From an uncultured Clostridia bacterium (GTDB lineage Bacteria > Bacillota > Clostridia > TANB77 > CAG-508): DNA of 64,000 nucleotides. The DNA lies in assembly GCA_934162205.1 (NCBI GenBank), contig CAKPIA010000006.1:11882-75881 (forward strand). The letters are read 5' to 3'. The translations under genes and the position numbers were made by a program. Below, piece by piece: positions 1 through 9,333 of this stretch; the first letter of the stretch is position 1; the number at the start of each line of letters is the position of its first letter. The notes under the pieces are model-generated. The model made no database searches and was not told the origin of the DNA. It worked only from the letters and a program-made list of their open reading frames with translations.

Positions 1-739
1 AGAATGTTCAGCAATGGGACAAAAATATTTAGGAGAACAATTTGATATACATACAGGTGGTATTGATTTAATTCCTACACATCACGAAAATGAGATTGCA
101 CAAAGTAAAGGTAAATGTGGCAAAATACCTGCAAGATATTGGATGCATGGAGAATATTTATTAATAAATGGCGGTAAAATGTCTAAAAGTTTAGGAAATG
201 TTTATTTATTATCAGATATCATAAATAAGGGATATGATCCATTAGTGTATCGTTTATTTACTTATTCATGTACTTATAGAAATAAACTTAATTTCACTTG
301 GGAAGGAATTGATGCAACTTCAAAAGCATTAAATAGATTAAGAGAAGGATATCAAAAACATTTAACTGGAACAGAAGATGTTTCTGATGAAATGTTAAAT
401 GAATATGAAAATAAATTTCATGAGGCAATAAATGATGATTTGAATATGCCACAAGCAATTAGTGTTGTATGGGATGTTGTTAAAAATAATACAAAATCAA
501 AGAAATTTGCAGAATTACTAGATAAATTTGATACTGTTTTAGGTATAAAAATATCAGAAAAACCAGCAGAAGAAAAAGTAGAAATACCAAGTGAAATTTT
601 ACAAATTGCTGAAGAAAGAATATTAGCTAGAAAAAATAAAGATTGGGCAAAATCTGATGAATTAAGAAACTTAATTATTCAAAAAGGATATGAAGTAAAA
701 GATACAAAGAATGGGCAAAAAATAGAAAAAATAAAGTAG
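1..739 (+). CDS. cysS: cysteinyl-tRNA synthetase, C-terminal part (5' end lies upstream of the window)
   Basis: Class I aaRS KMSKS motif (GGKMSKSLGNVY). C-terminal anticodon-binding/DALR-like region. The ORF runs in from the window edge. Confidence 0.88.
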   Translation, partial: ECSAMGQKYLGEQFDIHTGGIDLIPTHHENEIAQSKGKCGKIPARYWMHGEYLLINGGKMSKSLGNVYLLSDIINKGYDPLVYRLFTYSCTYRNKLNFTWEGIDATSKALNRLREGYQKHLTGTEDVSDEMLNEYENKFHEAINDDLNMPQAISVVWDVVKNNTKSKKFAELLDKFDTVLGIKISEKPAEEKVEIPSEILQIAEERILARKNKDWAKSDELRNLIIQKGYEVKDTKNGQKIEKIK

Positions 740-752
740 AGGTAATATAAGA

Positions 753-1232
753 ATGAAAAGTGATTATATATCAGAAATAAGAAGCAAAGTTGGACATATA
801 CCTATGTTAAGTCCTGTAGTTACATTAGTTATATATAAAGAGGGAAAAATACTTTTACAAAAAAGAGAAGATAATGGCTGCTGGGCAATACATGGTGGAG
901 GTATAGAAATTGGTGAAAAATATATTGAGACTTTAAACAGAGAAATAAAAGAAGAATTAAATATAGAACCAATAAATCCAGAATTAATGGGGATTTATTC
1001 GGGAAAAGAATTATTTAACATTTATCCTAAAAGTAAAGATCAAGTATATGTGCTTAATCATGTATTTTTTTGTGAAAGTTATAATGGTGAAATTAAATTC
1101 AATGATGGAGAGGTTGATGACTTACAGTGGTTTGATTTAGATAATTTACCAGATAATATCTTTAAGGTAAACAAACCAATAATAAATGATGTAAAACAAT
1201 TTGTAAAGGATCATAAAGTCATAGTAAATTAA
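753..1232 (+). CDS. NUDIX hydrolase
   Basis: Nudix box GGGIEIGEKYIETLNREIKEELNI (GX5EX7REUXEEXGU pattern). 159 aa. Confidence 0.8.
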   Translation: MKSDYISEIRSKVGHIPMLSPVVTLVIYKEGKILLQKREDNGCWAIHGGGIEIGEKYIETLNREIKEELNIEPINPELMGIYSGKELFNIYPKSKDQVYVLNHVFFCESYNGEIKFNDGEVDDLQWFDLDNLPDNIFKVNKPIINDVKQFVKDHKVIVN

Positions 1233-1347
1233 AAAGTTTTTAAATTTCTACGTAAGTAGAGTTAATTTATATAATGATTGGGTTTACAGTCATTTAATAC
1301 AGATTTGAATATGATTTTTAATAAAACAATTAAGGAGGATTGACATT

Positions 1348-1860
1348 ATGGTAGAAAATTTAGAAAATATTTCGAAAAAACTTCAAACGGAACGGGAAGG
1401 CAAGAAAGTAGTTTTAGCAACAGGAACATTTGATTTGTTTCACTATGAACACTTGAAATATCTTGAAAATGCAAAAAAGCAGGGAGATATTCTAGTTGTT
1501 GCAGTAAAGAACAACAAATGTGTTAAATTAAAAGGAGAAGATAGACCAATAATTGATGAAAGACATAGGATTGCAATTGTTGATGCAATAAAATATGTAG
1601 ATTATACATTTTTGGTCGATTATAATCCTAATGTTTTGTTAGAAGTAAAATCAGATAACGAGAACCAGGAAGAATGGTTAAAAATCTTTCAGGAAACATT
1701 TAAAATCTTAAGACCAGATATACTTTATTATGAAGATAATCCTATACTTTTGACGGCAAGGGAAAGAGTATTTGATAGATATGGAATAACTGGAATTAAG
1801 AAAGCAAGAGGAAAAGAAAGTTCTACGACAGACATAATAAAAAAAATTTCAAATCTGTAA
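1348..1860 (+). CDS. cytidylyltransferase-like nucleotidyltransferase (TagD/RibL-like HxGH fold)
   Basis: GTFDLFHYEH motif (HxxH nucleotidyltransferase signature) at the N-terminus. 170 aa. AAGGAGG RBS. Confidence 0.6.
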   Translation: MVENLENISKKLQTEREGKKVVLATGTFDLFHYEHLKYLENAKKQGDILVVAVKNNKCVKLKGEDRPIIDERHRIAIVDAIKYVDYTFLVDYNPNVLLEVKSDNENQEEWLKIFQETFKILRPDILYYEDNPILLTARERVFDRYGITGIKKARGKESSTTDIIKKISNL

Positions 1861-1866
1861 AAATGG

Positions 1867-1905
1867 CAACAGTAGAGTTACTTACTCTACTGTTGTTAAA
1901 TTTAT
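1867..1905 (+). terminator. rho-independent terminator (12-bp perfect stem CAACAGTAGAGT/ACTCTACTGTTG, 5-nt loop, T-rich tail)
   Basis: Hairpin seen directly in the sequence, immediately after the stop of the upstream gene. Confidence 0.6.
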
Positions 1906-1923
1906 AATATATTAATAAATATA

Positions 1924-1952
1924 TTGATTTATTAATGCAAATTAAGTATAAT
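1924..1952 (+). promoter_or_regulatory. sigma-A-type promoter TTGATT-17-TATAAT upstream of galE
   Basis: Hexamers with 17-nt spacing located 34 nt upstream of the galE start codon. Confidence 0.45.
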
Positions 1953-1985
1953 TTACTTGAATAAATGATATAGGGAGGTAAATAA

Positions 1986-2990
1986 ATGTCTATATTAGTA
2001 ACAGGTGGAGCAGGATTTATAGGAAGTCATACAGTAGTAGAATTATTAAATTCTGGTAAAGAGGTAGTTATATTAGACAATTTTTCTAATAGTAACCCAG
2101 AAGTGCTGGATAATATAAAAAAAATAACAGGAAAGGATTTTAAATTTTATGAAATTGATTATTTAGACAGAGAAAAATTAGAAAAAGTATTTGAAGAAAA
2201 CAAAATTGATGCTGTAATGAATTTTGCAGGATATAAAGCTGTTGGAGAATCTGTACAAAAACCAATAGAATATTATACAAACAATGTATCTGGGGCATTA
2301 GTTCTATTAGATACAATGAAAAAATATGGATGCAAAAAATTTATTTTTAGTTCATCAGCTACAGTATATGGTGAGAATGCACAAATTCCATATACTGAAG
2401 AAACAAAAACTGGAGATACAACTAATCCTTATGGAACAACAAAATTGTTTATAGAACAAATATTGAAAGATATATATAAATCAGATAATTCATGGGATAT
2501 ATGTATATTAAGATACTTTAATCCTATAGGAGCCCATGAGAGTGGTTTAATAGGAGAAAAGCCTAATGGAATTCCTAATAATCTAATGCCATATATAACA
2601 AAAGTTGCAGTAGGACAATTAAAGGAATTATCAATATTTGGAAATGATTATAATACACCAGATGGTACAGGAGTTAGAGATTATATACATGTAGTAGATT
2701 TAGCTAAAGGACATATAAAAGCATTAGAAAAGTTAGACAAAGAAAAAGAAGGTTTATACATATATAATTTAGGTACAGGTCATGGTACTAGTGTGTTAGA
2801 AATGGTTAATGCATTTGAAAAGGCAACAGGTAAAAAAGTACCATATAAAATAGCACCAAGAAGAGCAGGGGATTTAGCAGAATATTATGCAAAAACAAAA
2901 AAGGCAGAAGAAGAGTTAGGTTGGACAGCAACAAAAACAATAGAAGATATGTGCAAAGATTCATGGAATTATGCAAAAAATAATATGTAA
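1986..2990 (+). CDS. galE: UDP-glucose 4-epimerase
   Basis: N-terminal TGGAGFIGSH Rossmann motif. YxxxK SDR active site. 334 aa, typical GalE length and layout. Confidence 0.9.
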   Translation: MSILVTGGAGFIGSHTVVELLNSGKEVVILDNFSNSNPEVLDNIKKITGKDFKFYEIDYLDREKLEKVFEENKIDAVMNFAGYKAVGESVQKPIEYYTNNVSGALVLLDTMKKYGCKKFIFSSSATVYGENAQIPYTEETKTGDTTNPYGTTKLFIEQILKDIYKSDNSWDICILRYFNPIGAHESGLIGEKPNGIPNNLMPYITKVAVGQLKELSIFGNDYNTPDGTGVRDYIHVVDLAKGHIKALEKLDKEKEGLYIYNLGTGHGTSVLEMVNAFEKATGKKVPYKIAPRRAGDLAEYYAKTKKAEEELGWTATKTIEDMCKDSWNYAKNNM

Positions 2991-3004
2991 AAAGAGGTTA
3001 ATTT

Positions 3005-4711
3005 ATGATGAATTTTAAAGAACAAATATCAGAAGCAATAGAAAAAGTTATAAATGTTGACTCTAAAAAATTAGAAACATTTATAGAAGAACCTAAAGAT
3101 CAAGAAAATGGAGATTATGCTTTTCCTTGTTTTAGGTTGGCAAAAGAATTAAAAAAAGCTCCACAAATAATTGCTCAAGAGATATCACAAAATATAGAAA
3201 TTGATAATAAATATGTTGAAAAAATTGACGTGGTAGGTGGATATCTTAATTTTTATATAAATAAAGATACATTAGCAAAAGAAGTTGTAAAAGAAATAGC
3301 AGAAAAAGAGGAATACGGAAAAAGTGAAATAGAAAATGGAAAAACTATATTAGTAGAATATTCATCTCCCAATATTGCTAAACCATTTCATATAGGACAT
3401 TTAAGAACAACATTAATAGGAAATGCATTATATAAAGTTTATAAATATTTAGGATACAATACAGTTGGAATAAATCATTTAGGTGATTATGGAACACAAT
3501 TTGGTAAAATGATAGAAGCATATAAATTATGGGGAAATGAGTATAATTTAGAAGAAGATCCTATAAATAAAATGATGGATATGTATGTAAGAATAAATGC
3601 ATTGTGCAAGGAAGACGAAAAAGTATTAGAAAATTGTAGAGAAAACTTTAAATTATTAGAAGAAGGCGATGAATACTGTACTAAACTATGGGAAAAATTT
3701 AAAGATTTAAGCATGATAGAATTTAATAAAATATATGACATATTGAATGTAAAATTTGATTCTATAAAAGGTGAAGCATTTTATGCAGATAAAACAGACA
3801 ATGTTTTGAAAATATTAGAAGAAAAAGGAAAAATAACAGAATCAGAAGGTGCAAAAATTGTAAATTTAGAAGATGTAGGAATAGAAACACCTGCAATAAT
3901 ACAAAAGGCAAATGGTTCTTCAATATATGCAACAAGAGATTTGGCTGCAATTATATATAGAGCACAAACATATGATTTTGATAAATGTTTGTATGTAGTG
4001 GCATATGAACAAAATTTACATTTTAAACAAATTTTTGAAGTAGCAAAATATTTAGTAGATGAAAAATATTATAAAGGATTAATACATGTATCATATGGAA
4101 TGGTACAATTACCAACAGGAAAAATGTCAACAAGATTAGGAAATGTAGTAAAAATAGAAGATTTGATTAATGAAACAATAGAAAAGGCAAAAGAAATAAT
4201 CGTTTCAAAAAATCCGGAATTAAATGATAAAGATGAAGTGGCAAAAAAAGTTGGTTTAGCAGCAATAATATTTAATACATTATCAACAGTGACAAATAAA
4301 GATCAAATTTTTGATTGGAATACAGCATTAAATTTCCAAGGAGAAACAGGCCCATATATTCAATATACATATGTAAGAACACAAAGTGTATTAGAAAAAG
4401 TTGGAGATATTCCAAAATATAATGAATTTGATACAAATGCTTTAACAGATAGTTATTCACAAAATATATTAAAACTTATATATAAATTTGAAGATATCTT
4501 AAAACAAGTTGTAGATAAAAATGAACCATCAATTTTATCAAGATATTTAATAGATCTTTCAAAAGCATATAGTTCTTTTTATAATGAAAATAAGATAATT
4601 GTAGAAGATGAAAATGTAAAAAAAGCTAGAGTTTTTATAACATATGCAACTGGAAAAGTATTAAAATTAGGAAGCGCTTTATTAGGTATAGAAATGCCAA
4701 ATAAAATGTAA
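3005..4711 (+). CDS. argS: arginyl-tRNA synthetase
   Basis: HIGH motif (PFHIGHLRTT). 568 aa. Class I aaRS with DALR anticodon-binding C-terminus. Confidence 0.93.
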   Translation: MMNFKEQISEAIEKVINVDSKKLETFIEEPKDQENGDYAFPCFRLAKELKKAPQIIAQEISQNIEIDNKYVEKIDVVGGYLNFYINKDTLAKEVVKEIAEKEEYGKSEIENGKTILVEYSSPNIAKPFHIGHLRTTLIGNALYKVYKYLGYNTVGINHLGDYGTQFGKMIEAYKLWGNEYNLEEDPINKMMDMYVRINALCKEDEKVLENCRENFKLLEEGDEYCTKLWEKFKDLSMIEFNKIYDILNVKFDSIKGEAFYADKTDNVLKILEEKGKITESEGAKIVNLEDVGIETPAIIQKANGSSIYATRDLAAIIYRAQTYDFDKCLYVVAYEQNLHFKQIFEVAKYLVDEKYYKGLIHVSYGMVQLPTGKMSTRLGNVVKIEDLINETIEKAKEIIVSKNPELNDKDEVAKKVGLAAIIFNTLSTVTNKDQIFDWNTALNFQGETGPYIQYTYVRTQSVLEKVGDIPKYNEFDTNALTDSYSQNILKLIYKFEDILKQVVDKNEPSILSRYLIDLSKAYSSFYNENKIIVEDENVKKARVFITYATGKVLKLGSALLGIEMPNKM

Positions 4712-4737
4712 TAGTAATAAAGAAAAGGGGAAGTTTA

Positions 4738-5436
4738 ATGAAAAATAAAAAAGTATTAATAGGAGTGATAGTGGCAGTTGTAGTTGTTGCAATTGCATTA
4801 GTAGGAGGATTTGTTTATAATCAACAAAATAAAATAAAACAAGAAAACATATTAAAAGAAGAAGCAGAAAAGTTAGCTAAATTAGATTTGACAAAAGATG
4901 AAATAGATATGGATATTAAAACAAAAGGAAAATATGCAATTGTAGAAAAAACAATGAAAGATTATATGAAAGAGACACAAACAGTAATGACAGAATTAAT
5001 AGACTTATTTAATAACAGTGATTTAGATAAAACATTATCAAGTGAAAATCTTTCAAAAGATGCACCAGAATTTGTAGAAACAAAAGAAAAACTAGCATCA
5101 TTAAAAACAAAATTAAGTGAATATTCAGAAAAATGTGATAAATTATTAAATGCAGAAAATATAGAGAATGCTATAAATGATAAAGGTGTAAGCAAATATT
5201 ATAAAGAATTATATGTTAATTTAATGCTAGATGACGAAACTAAAGAAAGCATAGAGAAAGAAAATACAGAATTAAAAAATTCAATTGAAGAAGTTAATAA
5301 GGCTATTGAAGGGTTAGAAAAAATAGTTAACTTTTTAACTGAAAATAAAGATGAATGGACAGTAACAGATGGAAGAATACAATTCAAGAGTATAACAAAA
5401 TATAAAGAATATTATCAAATAGTAAATGAATTATAA
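4738..5436 (+). CDS. hypothetical single-pass membrane protein with coiled-coil-rich ectodomain
   Basis: N-terminal hydrophobic segment VLIGVIVAVVVVAIALVGGFV followed by a K/E-rich sequence. No recognised domain. Confidence 0.55.
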   Translation: MKNKKVLIGVIVAVVVVAIALVGGFVYNQQNKIKQENILKEEAEKLAKLDLTKDEIDMDIKTKGKYAIVEKTMKDYMKETQTVMTELIDLFNNSDLDKTLSSENLSKDAPEFVETKEKLASLKTKLSEYSEKCDKLLNAENIENAINDKGVSKYYKELYVNLMLDDETKESIEKENTELKNSIEEVNKAIEGLEKIVNFLTENKDEWTVTDGRIQFKSITKYKEYYQIVNEL

Positions 5437-5460
5437 AATAATAAATATAAATAAAAAGAT

Positions 5461-5510
5461 GGCAATGGAAAATTATATAAATATAGTTTTCCATTGCTGT
5501 TTTTTTATTT
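5461..5510 (+). terminator. rho-independent terminator (stem GCAATGGAAAA/TTTTCCATTGC, then T-run)
   Basis: 11-bp perfect stem followed by TGTTTTTTTATTT. Confidence 0.65.
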
Positions 5511-5584
5511 AATAGAAAAAATGTATTGCATAAAATAATATATAATGATAATATGTAGAAAATTGAAAAAAGAGGTCGAAGAAA

Positions 5585-6454
5585 ATGAATATTTTAAAAT
5601 TAGAGGATTTAAAAGTAAATGAAATTGAAGAATTATTAGATAATGCTATTGATTTTAAAAGTGGTAAAAGAAAAGTTAGTTGTAATGATGATAAAGTTAT
5701 AGCTAATCTTTTTTTTGAGCCATCTACAAGAACACATTATAGTTTTGAAATGGCAGAATATAAATTAGGATACAAAACAATTGATTTTACAGCAGATACA
5801 TCAAGTATGAAAAAAGGAGAAACTTTATATGATACAATCAAAACATTTGAAAGTATAGGAGTAGATGCAGTTGTAATAAGACATAGAGAAGATATGTATT
5901 ATAATCAGTTAGAGAACATTAATATACCAATTTTAAATGCAGGAGATGGAACAAAGGATCACCCATCACAATCTTTATTGGATTTAATGACTATAAAAGA
6001 AGAATTTGGGAGTTTTAAAGGGTTAAAGGTATTAATAGTTGGTGATATAAAACATTCAAGAGTAGCACATTCTAATATAAAAGTTATGGAAAGACTAGGA
6101 ATGGAAGTATATACATCAGGTCCAGAAGAATTTAGAGATGAAAATTTACAATTTGTTGATTTTAACGAAATGCTACCTAAAGTGGATGTTGTAATGCTAC
6201 TTAGAATACAATTTGAAAGACATGATGATAAAATGAGCATGACAAATGAAAAATATAATACTTTATATGGAATTACTATGGATAAAGTAAACAAAATGAA
6301 AGAAAATGCTATAATAATGCACCCAGCACCATTTAATAGAAATGTTGAAATTTCTGATGATGTTGTAGAATGTAGTAAATCTAGAATATTTAAACAAATG
6401 ACAAATGGAGTATATGTAAGAATGGCTATGCTAGATAAAGCTTTAAATAACTAA
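5585..6454 (+). CDS. pyrB: aspartate carbamoyltransferase catalytic subunit
   Basis: FFEPSTRTHYSFE carbamoyl-phosphate binding motif. HPAPFNR motif. Close overall match to the remembered Bacillus PyrB layout. 289 aa. Confidence 0.85.
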   Translation: MNILKLEDLKVNEIEELLDNAIDFKSGKRKVSCNDDKVIANLFFEPSTRTHYSFEMAEYKLGYKTIDFTADTSSMKKGETLYDTIKTFESIGVDAVVIRHREDMYYNQLENINIPILNAGDGTKDHPSQSLLDLMTIKEEFGSFKGLKVLIVGDIKHSRVAHSNIKVMERLGMEVYTSGPEEFRDENLQFVDFNEMLPKVDVVMLLRIQFERHDDKMSMTNEKYNTLYGITMDKVNKMKENAIIMHPAPFNRNVEISDDVVECSKSRIFKQMTNGVYVRMAMLDKALNN

Positions 6455-6482
6455 TAATTTTGTATTAATCTCTCATACATAC

Positions 6483-6511
6483 TTGAAATGTTATGGAAAC
6501 TAATGTATAAT
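6483..6511 (+). promoter_or_regulatory. sigma-A-type promoter TTGAAA-17-TATAAT upstream of the LCP gene
   Basis: Hexamers with 17-nt spacing about 30 nt upstream of the start. Confidence 0.45.
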
Positions 6512-6543
6512 ATAATTATTGTATGTAAGGATTGGAGAAAATT

Positions 6544-7569
6544 ATGAAAAAAAATAAAGTTATAAAAATTATTACTATAATAATAGTTGTAATACTAATA
6601 TTAATAGGAATTGTTTCAGGTATAATATATTTTTATATAAATAATAAACTAAACAAGATTAATAAAGTTGATGTAGACCTTAACAACATAACTATTAATG
6701 AAGAAGTTAAAGAAAAATTAACCGGTTATAGAAACATTGCATTATTTGGTATTGATACAAGATCAGATGATTACGGATTAGGCAATAGAAGTGATTGTAT
6801 AATAATTGCAAGTATTAATAATGATACTAAAGAAGTGAAATTAGCTTCTGTATATAGAGATTCATATTTAGAAATTCCTAATAGAGGACTAGATAAAGTA
6901 ACACATGCTTACTCATTTGGAGGTGCAGAACTTGCACTTAGCACTTTAAATAGTAACTTAGATTTAAATATGACAGAATTTATAACAGTTAATTTTGATG
7001 CAGTAGCAGAAATAGTAAATAGTTTAGGTGGAGTGGAAATAGATATTACACCAGAAGAAGTTGGATATTTAAAAAGTTATACATATGCAACTGCTCAGTC
7101 TACAGGAATTGCTTCTAGTGTAATTACTGAACCTGGAAAACATAATTTAAATGGAGTACAAGCTGTGGCATATTCAAGAATAAGATATACAGCAGGTGGA
7201 GATTATAAAAGAACTGAAAGAATGAGAACAGTTTTAACAGCTATAGTTGAAAAAGCTAAAACAAAAAATATTTCAGAATTAAATAAATTGATGGACACAC
7301 TTTTACCAAGAATATATACAAATATAGATAAAAGTGAAATATTATCATTATTGCCAGAAGCTATGTCTTACAGTATAACAGATAGTATAGGATGGCCATA
7401 TGAAGTCGATGGGGGAAAAATTTCCGGTATTTGGTATGGAGTTCCAAGTAATTTAGAAAACAATGTTTCAAGATTACATCAAGAACTATTTCCAAATGAA
7501 AATTATGAACCATCTCAAAAAGTAAAAGATATAAGTCAAAAAATTATAAACAAAACAGGACGTAATTAG
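6544..7569 (+). CDS. LytR-CpsA-Psr (LCP) family cell-envelope polymer phosphotransferase
   Basis: N-terminal TM anchor, then an LCP core (ALFGIDTRSDD ... RSDCIIIASIN ... VNFDAV). Start moved to the ATG with GGAG spacing (ORF track begins at an upstream TTG). Confidence 0.85.
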   Translation: MKKNKVIKIITIIIVVILILIGIVSGIIYFYINNKLNKINKVDVDLNNITINEEVKEKLTGYRNIALFGIDTRSDDYGLGNRSDCIIIASINNDTKEVKLASVYRDSYLEIPNRGLDKVTHAYSFGGAELALSTLNSNLDLNMTEFITVNFDAVAEIVNSLGGVEIDITPEEVGYLKSYTYATAQSTGIASSVITEPGKHNLNGVQAVAYSRIRYTAGGDYKRTERMRTVLTAIVEKAKTKNISELNKLMDTLLPRIYTNIDKSEILSLLPEAMSYSITDSIGWPYEVDGGKISGIWYGVPSNLENNVSRLHQELFPNENYEPSQKVKDISQKIINKTGRN

Positions 7570-7582
7570 AAAGTAGAGAAAG

Positions 7583-7621
7583 AAATGTAAACATAAAAAT
7601 AATGTGTTTGCATTTTTTTTG
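7583..7621 (+). terminator. rho-independent terminator (11-bp stem with one G-U wobble, T8 tail)
   Basis: AAATGTAAACA ... TGTTTGCATTT TTTTTTT. Confidence 0.6.
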
Positions 7622-7696
7622 CGTGATAGTTAAATTCTAATTTTCTTCAAATTATTGGAAAATATGTACATATGTTACATAAATTTACATAAAAGG

Positions 7697-7725
7697 TTGA
7701 TTTTACATAAAAAATGTAGTATAAT
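7697..7725 (+). promoter_or_regulatory. sigma-A-type promoter TTGATT-17-TATAAT for the polysaccharide operon
   Basis: Hexamers with 17-nt spacing, 58 nt upstream of the first operon gene. Embedded in three TTACATAAA direct repeats. Confidence 0.5.
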
Positions 7726-7783
7726 AGAAAATATAGTTAAAACAAAATTCTACAAATGATGACAAAATATTAGGAGGAATAAA

Positions 7784-8476
7784 ATGAGTGTTAATTCAAT
7801 AAATAGTAGCGCCATTAATGACAAAGACATTTTAACTATACCAAAAAAATCAAAAAGTTTAGTTTTAAAAAATCAATATAAAATAACGAAAAGAACAGCA
7901 GATATATTAGTTTCACTAATAGGCTTAATTTTTTTGTCACCATTATTTCTAATAATTTCAATTGCAGTTAAATTAGATTCTAAAGGACCTGCTTTTTTTG
8001 TACATAAAAGAATAGGTAAAGATGGAAAAATAATTAATGTATATAAATTTAGAACTATGGTAGATAATGCAGAAGGATTAATTAGAAAATTTACACCAGA
8101 ACAATTAAAAAAATTTAATGAAAACTTTAAATTGGAAGATGATCCAAGAATAACTAGAATAGGTAAATTTTTAAGAAAGACAAGCTTAGATGAACTACCA
8201 CAATTATTAAATATATTAAAAGGCGAATTATCAATAATTGGACCAAGACCTGTTGTTAGTAATGAAATTGAGAGATATGGCGAAAATAAAGAAAAACTTT
8301 TAAGTGTAACACCAGGACTTACTGGATATTGGGCAGCAAATGGAAGAAGTTGTACTACATATGAAGAAAGAATGCAAATGGAACTTTATTATGTTGATAA
8401 TATTTCACTAAAAACGGATATAGAAATATTTTTTAAGACAATAATATTAGTTTTAAAAAGAGAAGGAGCTATGTAA
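7784..8476 (+). CDS. initiating undecaprenyl-phosphate sugar-1-phosphate transferase (bacterial sugar transferase, small WbaP/CpsE type)
   Basis: C-terminal catalytic domain with DELPQLLNILKGELSIIGPRP. One N-terminal TM. 230 aa. Confidence 0.85.
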   Translation: MSVNSINSSAINDKDILTIPKKSKSLVLKNQYKITKRTADILVSLIGLIFLSPLFLIISIAVKLDSKGPAFFVHKRIGKDGKIINVYKFRTMVDNAEGLIRKFTPEQLKKFNENFKLEDDPRITRIGKFLRKTSLDELPQLLNILKGELSIIGPRPVVSNEIERYGENKEKLLSVTPGLTGYWAANGRSCTTYEERMQMELYYVDNISLKTDIEIFFKTIILVLKREGAM

Positions 8477-8478
8477 TT

Positions 8479-9333
8479 ATGAATATAGATATTATATGCC
8501 CTTTGTATAATGCGGAAAAATACATACGAAATTTACACAAATCATTAGAAATGCAAAAGGGAGTAACAATAAATAAATATAGATATATTGTTACTAAAGG
8601 AACAGATAATACTGAACAAATATTAAAAGAGTTAAAAATAGATTATGAATTAATAAAACCAGAAGAATTTTCACATGCACTAACTAGGGAAAAAGAAGCT
8701 ATGAAAAGTAATGCAGATATACTAGTGTTTATAACTCAAGATATAATAATTAAAGATGAATATTGGTTATACAATTTAGTAAAAGATATAGAAAAAAATG
8801 AGTGTGAAGCATGCTACAGTAGACAAATATGTACTAATAACACAATAGAAAAATACACCAGAGAAAAAAATTATCCAGAAGAGTCATTTGTAGTAACGAA
8901 AAAAGACATAAATAAATTAGGATTAAGAACATTCTTTTTTTCTGATGCATCATCAGCAATTAAAAAGGATGTTTTTTTAGAACTTAAAGGTTATGATGGT
9001 AAAAAATTACCTATTAATGAAGATATGTATATAGCGTATAAGTTAATTATGAATAATTACAGAATTAAATATTGTGCAGAGTCTAAGGTTATTCATTCAC
9101 ATAGATTTACTTTAAAACAAATATATAAAAGATATTATGATACTGGTAAATTTTTTAAAGAAAATTTATATTTAGATAATTTTAAAACAAATAAAACAGG
9201 TGGAAATTTAGCATTATATATTTTAAAAAGAGCTATACAAGATAAAAATGTAAATGTTTTAATTAATTTTATTCCTAATATGTCTGCAAGATTTTTAGGG
9301 ATGAAGAAGGGAAAGTATGATGGAAGAAAATAA
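8479..9333 (+). CDS. glycosyltransferase (GT2-like)
   Basis: N-terminal IDIICPLYNAEKYI resembling the GT2 nucleotide-binding start. Position inside the polysaccharide operon. Confidence 0.6.
   Translation: MNIDIICPLYNAEKYIRNLHKSLEMQKGVTINKYRYIVTKGTDNTEQILKELKIDYELIKPEEFSHALTREKEAMKSNADILVFITQDIIIKDEYWLYNLVKDIEKNECEACYSRQICTNNTIEKYTREKNYPEESFVVTKKDINKLGLRTFFFSDASSAIKKDVFLELKGYDGKKLPINEDMYIAYKLIMNNYRIKYCAESKVIHSHRFTLKQIYKRYYDTGKFFKENLYLDNFKTNKTGGNLALYILKRAIQDKNVNVLINFIPNMSARFLGMKKGKYDGRK

Noticed and set aside
3487-5387. Antisense ORFs inside argS and the 232-aa gene (3487-3741, 3762-3950, 4272-4460, 4962-5195, 5199-5387 minus)
   Set aside because: They lie opposite well-supported genes, are leucine/phenylalanine-rich as expected from reverse-complement A-rich codons, and have no RBS. 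They are shadows of the AT-rich coding strand.
8933-8941. T7 homopolymer inside the first glycosyltransferase gene as a possible phase-variation switch
   Set aside because: Homopolymer runs of 7 are expected by chance at this base composition, and there is no evidence of length heterogeneity from a single sequence.
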